Shown here piece by piece: positions 1-5,428 of a stretch of DNA of 5,428 nt. A program made the position numbers and the translations under genes. The notes below the pieces were generated by a model, which saw only the letters and a list, made by a program, of their open reading frames with translations, was not told the DNA's origin and made no database searches. The number at the start of each line of letters is the position of its first letter. Position 1 is the first letter of the stretch. Source of the DNA: Octopus sinensis (Eukaryota); contig NW_021830053.1 of NCBI RefSeq assembly GCF_006345805.1, positions 1 to 5,428 on the forward strand. The letters run 5' to 3'.

Positions 1-14
1 CAGGAACTTTTATG

Positions 15-54
15 GTGTGTGTGTGTTTTTGTGTGGTGTGGGTGTTTGTGTGTA
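15..54. repeat. Imperfect (GT)n tract
   Basis: Direct reading. Confidence 0.8.
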
Positions 55-351
55 GAATCAACATGTGGAAAACTACACCGAATATCTTCCTTCAAATTTG
101 AAAAGACAGACATAAAAATTTTTTCTTAGGTGAATAGAAACAAATATTTCGAGACAGAAACTACGAATTTATGACCGAAGTGTCAAATAATTCATATTAT
201 CTGTCACATCAGTTGTCTGCAATGTATCTACATAAACAGGCATAAGGCCATACACAGTTACACCCGCATAAATAAACACATGCGGACATACATGAAAATG
301 TGCATCAAACATACATGCATGCATACATGGTTGTCTGTGTGTAGATGTAGC

Positions 352-377
352 TATGTATATACGGTGTGTATATATAC

Positions 378-413
<36 letters not shown>

Positions 414-515
414 CTGTGTCTGTGTAGATATATATATGAATTTATATGTTGTCTACAAACACATATATATATATATATACAAATATGTATATATGTATAT
501 ATATGTATATATAGG

Positions 516-583
<68 letters not shown>

Positions 584-685
584 AGATGTATATATATATA
601 GGTATATATGTAATATATGTATATATAGCATATATATATATATATCTATGTATATATATATGTATGTATACATACATACATATAC
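352..685. repeat. Compound microsatellite: (TA)n, (TG)n at about 391-424, long interrupted (TA)n, (CATA)n
   Basis: Direct reading. Confidence 0.95.
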
Positions 686-1010
686 ATTATTATTATGGCT
701 GCCCCTTCGTTATCGAGTATGGCTATTGCACGAAGCTTAACTGTTACTGGTGCTGTGATCGAATGTGACTTTTTAGCCCAGCTAAAGATCTACAATGTCT
801 TGTACAGAATTGGCAACTAAAACCTTTACCGGTAATAGCCGGCTGTAGTTGTAACTGGGCTTCATGTACCTTTGCATGTCGTTTAATTCCTCCTGCCGAA
901 TTACACTCTCTTCCACATGCCCGACAGATATGATTAGTATGGTGTGTTACAACACCACCAGTGGCCAGGTTGTCACTTATCTGTCTCGCTTTATGACTAC
1001 GAAGATGATT
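686..1010 (-). mobile_element. 5'-truncated non-LTR retrotransposon 3' end (RTE-like): C-terminal C2H2 zinc fingers, short 3' UTR with stem-loop, (TAA)n tail
   Basis: Reverse complement of 1010..744 is open for 88 codons: NHLRSHKARQISDNLATGGVVTHHTNHICRACGRECNSAGGIKRHAKVHEAQLQLQPAITGKGFSCQFCTRHCRSLAGLKSHIRSQHQ*. The last finger (CxxC..S..GL.SH.R..H) resembles the C-terminal CCHH motif of RTE-clade ORFs. The stop is followed by 47 nt containing GCC-ATA-C-TCG-ATAA-CGA-A-G-G-GGC (hairpin), then ATAATAATAAT (696..686), a layout typical of RTE 3' ends. The family call is from recognition, not a database hit. Confidence 0.75.
744..1010 (-). pseudogene. ORF remnant with tandem C2H2 zinc fingers (partial HLRSH; CRAC-x12-HAKVH; CQFC-x12-HIRSQH); no start codon, so absent from the ORF track
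   Basis: Direct translation. No internal stops or frameshifts over 267 nt. Stop TAA at 746..744. The upstream end abuts the SINE (TATG)n tail. No TGEKP linkers. Confidence 0.7.
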
Positions 1011-1014
1011 CTAC

Positions 1015-1029
1015 ACATACATACATACA

Positions 1030-1058
<29 letters not shown>
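1015..1058 (-). repeat. (CATA)n/(TATG)n microsatellite forming the SINE 3' tail
   Basis: About 11 perfect CATA units directly against the SINE 3' end. Confidence 0.9.
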
Positions 1059-1062
<4 letters not shown>

Positions 1063-1286
1063 TTCTTTACTTCCCACAAGGGGCTAAACACAGAGGGGAC
1101 AAACAAGGACAGACAAACGGATTAAGTCGATTATATCGACCCAAATGCGCAACTGGTACTTAATTATCGACCCCGAGAGGATGAAAGGTAAGCGACCTCG
1201 GCGTAATTTGAACCCAGGACGTAGCGGCAGACGAAATAGGCTACGCATTTCGCCCGGCGTGCTAACGATTCTACCAGCTCGCCGCC
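1058..1286 (-). mobile_element. Full-length tRNA-derived SINE (Octopus-type; central domain resembling the Meta-domain class)
   Basis: The minus strand starts GGCGGCGAGCTGGTAGAATCGTTAGC. A box TGGTAGAATCG at 1276..1266; B box GGTTCAAATT at 1214..1205. Central CCTTTCATCCTCTCGGGGTCGATAATTAAGTACCAG resembles the conserved core shared by many metazoan SINEs. It then has GTCGA-TATAA-TCGAC and a 3' region ending GTAAAGAAATA that runs into a (TATG)n tail. CpG-rich relative to the flanks. Confidence 0.85.
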
Positions 1287-1304
1287 TCGCTCTCCTCTCT
1301 CTCG

Positions 1305-1492
<188 letters not shown>

Positions 1493-1965
1493 TGTTATAT
1501 CGCAATACTGCACAGTGGCTGTTTGAGCTAGAAACCCTCGTCACCATTGTTATATCGCACGTTCCGACGACCTCTACTCAACTTCTCGACGTCTAGACTT
1601 CTCTCTATATATCTATGTATTGGGCTAGCCTACTTCATCATCTGGGGGCGTCGACATAACAGCATATAAGTATACATGCACGCAGTACACTTTCACACAT
1701 ACGTGTTTTGTATACGTACGTTTAGTTTGAATCGATTGCATGTATATCTTAGTTTGCAAAGCTTTAAATTTCCAAATTTTGGAAACGGTGTTCAATTTCT
1801 GATATTTTTCTTTTATGTCCATTAAGTTAAAGATAATTTAAGGTTTCATCAAGCAGGTGCGTATAAATGACTGCTTCACCTGAAATAAAGAAACGTTGTA
1901 ATGGAAATATTTTGGAAGCGATTACCTACATGTCCAGATTCTTTTGACCGAATCCAGTAAAAGAA

Positions 1966-2146
1966 CATGTATGTATGTATGTATGTATGTATGTATGTAT
2001 GTATGTATGTATGTATGTATGTATGTATGTATGTATGGATGTAGGTATGTATGTATGGATGGATGGATGGATGTTTGTATATATGTGTGTATGTATGGAT
2101 AAATGTGTGTATGGATAGATCTATGTATGTATGTAGTATGTATATA

Positions 2147-2180
<34 letters not shown>
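1966..2180. repeat. Compound microsatellite: perfect (TATG)n at about 1967-2036, (GGAT)n, degenerate TATG, (TA)n
   Basis: Direct reading. Confidence 0.95.
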
Positions 2181-2278
2181 GATAGATTTTATGCATGAAT
2201 GTATTCTATCCAGTTATCTATATGCCATTGTCTCTATCTGTCAATCAATATGTATCATGTATACTGCCTTAAATATAT

Positions 2279-2352
2279 GTGTGTTTGTTTGTGCGCGCGT
2301 GTGTGTGTGTGAGTGTGTGTGTGTGTGTGTATCTGTGAGTGTGTGTGTGTGT
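2279..2352. repeat. (GT)n microsatellite with interruptions
   Basis: Direct reading. Confidence 0.9.
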
Positions 2353-2467
2353 ACTAGGCTTACAAAGAATAAGTCCTGGAGTCGAATTGCTCGACTAAAG
2401 GCGGTGATCCAGCATGGCCGCAGTCAAATGGCTGAAACAACCAAAAGAGTAAAAGAGTAAAAGAGTA
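2351..2467 (+). mobile_element. 5'-truncated SINE 3' half (sister family of the 1058-1286 SINE) with (AAAAGAGT)3 tail
   Basis: GTACTAG...TGGAGTCGA-ATTGC-TCGACTAAA parallels GTACCAG...TGGGTCGA-TATAA-TCGACTTAA in the first SINE. The 3' part is different (GGCGGTGATCCAGCATGGCCGCAGTCAAATGGCTGAAACAA) and ends in three exact AAAAGAGT units at 2443-2466. No A/B boxes; the 5' side is a (GT)n tract. Confidence 0.75.
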
Positions 2468-2510
2468 GTTATGATAATTATAAATAAATAACTTTGAAAA
2501 GTATATAAAA

Positions 2511-2533
2511 GTATATATATATATATATATATA
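2511..2533. repeat. (TA)n
   Basis: Direct reading. Confidence 0.9.
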
Positions 2534-2540
2534 ACGACGT

Positions 2541-2579
2541 AAGAAATTTGAAAAGCTAAACGCGAAACCGGTCTTTCTT
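2541..2579 (+). ncRNA. Minimal type I hammerhead ribozyme-like motif, U3-A8 core variant, predicted cleavage GUC^ after 2573
   Basis: Stem I AAGAAA (2541-46)/UUUCUU (2574-79); one extra U at 2547; core UUGAAAA (2548-54) versus canonical CUGANGA; stem II GC-UAAAC-GC (2555-63); GAAA (2564-67); palindromic stem III A-C-CG-G-U; C17 at 2573. Folded by hand. Confidence 0.6.
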
Positions 2580-2738
2580 CTAAATTATGTCATTGTAAGA
2601 AAAAAATTTATAATATTCTTCAGACATATTGACTCAAATATATATATTTTTAACCTTTTAAAACAAGCCTTCTGTAGTTTTTTCACTTTTTACTATTTTC
2701 TATATATTCAACCACGTGCTTTCACAAACCAACTTTCT

Positions 2739-2765
2739 TATCTATCTATCTATATATATATATAT
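2739..2765. repeat. (TATC)n-(TA)n
   Basis: Direct reading. Confidence 0.8.
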
Positions 2766-2981
2766 GAAAATTAGTATAAATTGAATACGGAATGGACAGC
2801 TGGAGGTATAAAGATTAAACAAAGAAATAGCAGAGAACTAGAGTTATTTTTAAATACATTTAAAAAGTTAAAAGACCACACATAAAACCCGTGAACGTTC
2901 ATTTTATCACATTTTCTAAACACAACTCGAAATATTTTCTAGATATATAGACATGCCTACATACGTTATGTGCGTCCCTAC

Positions 2982-3040
2982 GTATGTATGCATGTATGTA
3001 TGTATGTGTGTGTGTGTATGTATTTGCAGTATGTATATAT
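2982..3040. repeat. Degenerate (TATG)/(TG) tract
   Basis: Direct reading. Confidence 0.75.
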
Positions 3041-3199
3041 TGTAGCAATAATACGAAAACGGTGATAAGTTAAAATATGCAAATATAAGGAAATATTAGT
3101 CATGTGAAGACTAGAGACATTCTTAATTTATTGGAAGATGAAAATTTACTATTCAGCCTTCGACTCAAGTGGCACTGATATAGCAGAGAACACACAACT

Positions 3200-3950
3200 A
3201 TATGCATGCATTCATGTATGTATGTATGTATGTATGTATGTATGTATGTATGTATGTATGTATGTATGTATGTATGTATGTATGTATGCATGTATGCATG
3301 TATGTATATATGTATGCATGTATGAATGTATATATATATGTATGTATGTATGTATGCATGTATGCATGTATGTATGTATATATTTATGTATGTATGTATA
3401 TATATATATTTATTTATGTATGTATGAATGTAGGTATGTATGTATGTATGTATGTATGTATGAATGTATGCATGTATGTATATATGTATGCATGTATGAA
3501 TGTATATATATATGTATGTATGTATGTATGTATGCATGTATGCATGTATGTATGTATATATTTATGTATGTATGTATATATATATATTTATTTATGTATG
3601 TATATATGTATGTATGTATGCATGTATATATGTATGTATGTATCCATGAATGTATACATGCATGTATGTATATATTTATATATGTATGTATGTATATATT
3701 TATTTATGTATGTATGCATGTATATATGTATGTATGCATGAATGTATGTATGTATGTATATATTTATGTATGTATGTAAGTATGTATGAATGTATGCATG
3801 TATGTATGTATTTATGAATGTATGTATGAATGTATGCATGTATGTATGTATTTATGAATGTATGTATGAATGTATGCATGTAGGTATGTATGTATATATT
3901 TATGTATGTATGTATGTATGTAGGTAGGTAGACAGGTAGGTAGGAAGTAG
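3200..3950. repeat. About 750-bp (TATG)n-derived array with higher-order duplications, ending in (TAGG)n
   Basis: Pure TATG at about 3215-3287; near-identical ~130-bp blocks starting at 3296 and 3470; exact 40-bp unit at 3781-3820 and 3821-3860 with a partial copy at 3861-3880. Confidence 0.95.
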
Positions 3951-3975
3951 GTTTTATATCCGCGTGTATTAACAT

Positions 3976-4063
3976 TCACATACAAACACACAGAGACACA
4001 AACACACACACACAAAGACATATACATACACATGTATACGTACGTATGTATATATTTATGTAT
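3976..4063. repeat. Degenerate (CA)n/(TA)n tract
   Basis: Direct reading. Confidence 0.7.
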
Positions 4064-4117
4064 ACTTTCACGGTGTGAGTGCAGGTGTTTGTGCATGCGA
4101 AGTCTGTTTTCTTGAAG

Positions 4118-4217
4118 AGTCGGAAAGCATTGGAAGCCAGTCTGTACCCTCCGTAACTTGATTGGTCGACTGCGAGTCGATACACGAAACCTTATACCAA
4201 TTATTGATGAATCTAAT
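4118..4217 (+). CDS. Candidate 100-nt internal coding exon of an unidentified gene (xVGKHWKPVCTLRNLIGRLRVDTRNLIPIIDESN)
   Basis: Pyrimidine tract TCTGTTTTCTTG-AAG acceptor ending at 4117, GTAAGC donor at 4218, one open frame, CpG-rich complex sequence. No protein family recognised, and minus-strand readings compete. Confidence 0.25.
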
Positions 4218-4239
4218 GTAAGCAATTCAGGGAACGATT

Positions 4240-4388
4240 CACACATATGCATACACACACACGCGCGCACATTCACGCACTCCTGCGCACATACACATAC
4301 ACGCACAAACATATTCAAATGGAAGTTTATTCATACATGTCTCTATACAAACATACCTACATCACACACAGACAAGTAAACACAAACA
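4240..4388. repeat. Degenerate (CA)n-rich tract
   Basis: Direct reading. Confidence 0.7.
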
Positions 4389-4390
4389 TT

Positions 4391-4553
4391 ACGGAGATGT
4401 ACTTGCATAGCAAGTGACCTGATCTGAGATCGCGTGCTGAAATGAAACACACAAAAACCGTTAGATTCACTTCACCATTTAAACTGAATTTGTCAAAATA
4501 TTTTCGTCGCTATGAGACCGCGACCTGTTCACTGAAAAAACTTTGTGCTGCAT
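4391..4553 (-). mobile_element. Interspersed repeat fragment, probably a Penelope-like element terminal repeat or retrozyme-type unit, carrying the 4489-4539 hammerhead
   Basis: CpG-containing unique island between microsatellites. I recall this sequence (CGGAGATGTACTTGCATAGCAAGTGACCTGATCTGAGATC...CCGTTAGATTCACTTC...GAGACCGCGACCTGTTCACTGA) as recurrent in octopus DNA, unverified. Minimal hammerheads are an established feature of Penelope-like termini. Boundaries approximate. Confidence 0.45.
4489..4539 (-). ncRNA. Minimal type I hammerhead ribozyme-like motif, G3-C8 core variant
   Basis: Minus strand reads UUUUUCA-GUGAACA-G-GUCGC-GGUCUCAUA-GCGAC-GAAA-AUAUUU-UGACAAA. Stem I pairs 6 of 7; core GUGAACA plus one extra G; 5-bp stem II; GAAA; palindromic AAAAUAUUUU stem III; cleavage triplet UUU. 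Folded by hand. Confidence 0.5.
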
Positions 4554-4795
4554 CACAGACAGTTATGCATAAAAGCACAATTTGCGCACGACTGTAAAAT
4601 TACCTCCAGACAATAACAAATATTTTTTTTTCCTGATTGTCCCGTTACCTTTCGAGAATAGTTCATTTTTTACCTTATCTCTCCTTTCTATATGAGACTG
4701 GCCTTGATAGTGTAATTCTTAAAAGATTTTTAAAAAAAAATAAGTATTGTGTGAAGGTATATTTGATACGCCTACTTTTGCCCATACGTATGTCT

Positions 4796-4856
4796 GCACA
4801 CACACGCACACACACACAAACACACACACATAAACATAAACATATAAACATAAACA
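4796..4856. repeat. (CA)n/(CATAAA)-like tract
   Basis: Direct reading. Confidence 0.75.
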
Positions 4857-4936
4857 GAAATGCGGGGTTATATATTTATAAGATTGTTAGAGCTGTTTCA
4901 TATATGTACTTGGGTGAGTTATTGTATGCATGCATG

Positions 4937-4949
4937 TATATATATATAT

Positions 4950-4988
<39 letters not shown>
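4937..4988. repeat. (TA)n
   Basis: Direct reading. Confidence 0.9.
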
Positions 4989-4992
<4 letters not shown>

Positions 4993-5253
4993 TTATCTAA
5001 AAATATATGTAGAAATAGGTGTAATGCATGTATGTATAAACTAAAGAAAAAAACCTGCCGATAAAGTTCAAAATATTTTACTATATTTCTTTTTTGCTTT
5101 CAAAATATTCATAATCGTAAAGTATACAAGTAGTGATTTTCTCTCTTCTTCATTTTCTTTTAATACATCCATTATTTCTACCTGTGTTTTGTTTCAACGC
5201 AATATCTAGAAGCTTATGGACATTGTGGTCCGCTTAGTTTGCTTTAAGATACA

Positions 5254-5288
5254 AACACACACACACACACATATATGCATAATATATA

Positions 5289-5321
<33 letters not shown>

Positions 5322-5362
5322 GATATATATTATAATATATTATGCATATATAACACACACAC

Positions 5363-5404
<42 letters not shown>

Positions 5405-5428
5405 GCATATGTATATATATATATATAT
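5254..5428. repeat. Compound (CA)n/(TA)n to the window end
   Basis: Direct reading. Confidence 0.95.

Noticed and set aside
280-768. ORFs 280-585, 366-740, 453-677 and 586-768
   Set aside because: Translations of (TA)n/(TG)n (YI/CV repeats). These repeats lack stop codons, so long frames are expected.
50-1016. 11-bp inverted match GTGTAGAATCA (50-60) / TGATTCTACAC (1006-1016) as possible terminal inverted repeats
   Set aside because: Half of it is microsatellite-derived, and the second copy is explained by the SINE-tail/LINE junction.
1200-1286. tRNA gene
   Set aside because: A and B boxes are present, but there is no cloverleaf or acceptor stem and the sequence continues into a SINE body.
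1521-1534. GTTTGAGCTAGAAA resembling the start of the Cas9 sgRNA/crRNA repeat (GTTTTAGAGCTAGAAA)
   Set aside because: Short, imperfect, single copy, with no further scaffold, array or cas gene, in a eukaryotic context; chance match.
1891-1915. GAAACGTTG and GAAATATTTT as hammerhead 3' halves (similar motif near 2928-2938)
   Set aside because: No upstream core or stem II.
3089-3178. Short plus-strand frame GNISHVKTRDILNLLEDENLLFSLRLKWH*
   Set aside because: No convincing splice sites or recognisable motif.
3100-3975. Long ORFs of up to 213 aa (MYVC/HTYI repeats) on both strands
   Set aside because: Translation of the (TATG)n array; no complexity or domain content.
4590-4730. Minus-strand exon candidates (LHYQGQSHIERRDKVKNELFSK...) chained with the 4212 and 1879 acceptors into one gene
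   Set aside because: Phases can be made to fit, but several alternative donors exist, the peptide is unrecognisable and the splice signals are common in AT-rich DNA.

Overview
Very AT-rich eukaryotic non-genic or intronic DNA, roughly half simple repeats ((TA)n, (TG)n, (TATG)n). The repeat content looks cephalopod (Octopus-like); this is my recollection of such genomes, not a search result. Every ORF in the supplied track is wholly or partly a microsatellite translation, or lies over a repeat or unrecognised sequence, and none is called as a gene. Between the microsatellites I read: (i) the 3' end of a 5'-truncated RTE-like LINE on the minus strand (686-1010), with a Met-less 88-codon open frame holding two complete C2H2 fingers plus the tail of a third, a 3' stem-loop and a (TAA)n tail; (ii) a full-length tRNA-derived SINE directly upstream on the same strand (1058-1286); (iii) a 5'-truncated SINE of a sister family (2351-2467); (iv) two minimal type I hammerhead-ribozyme-like motifs of the Penelope-like/retrozyme kind, at 2541-2579 (+) and 4489-4539 (-). 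Each hammerhead replaces the conserved C3-G8 core pair with a different compensatory pair (U3-A8 and G3-C8). These motifs are the most interesting signal. A few unique islands could be small exons, but none can be assigned to a gene.
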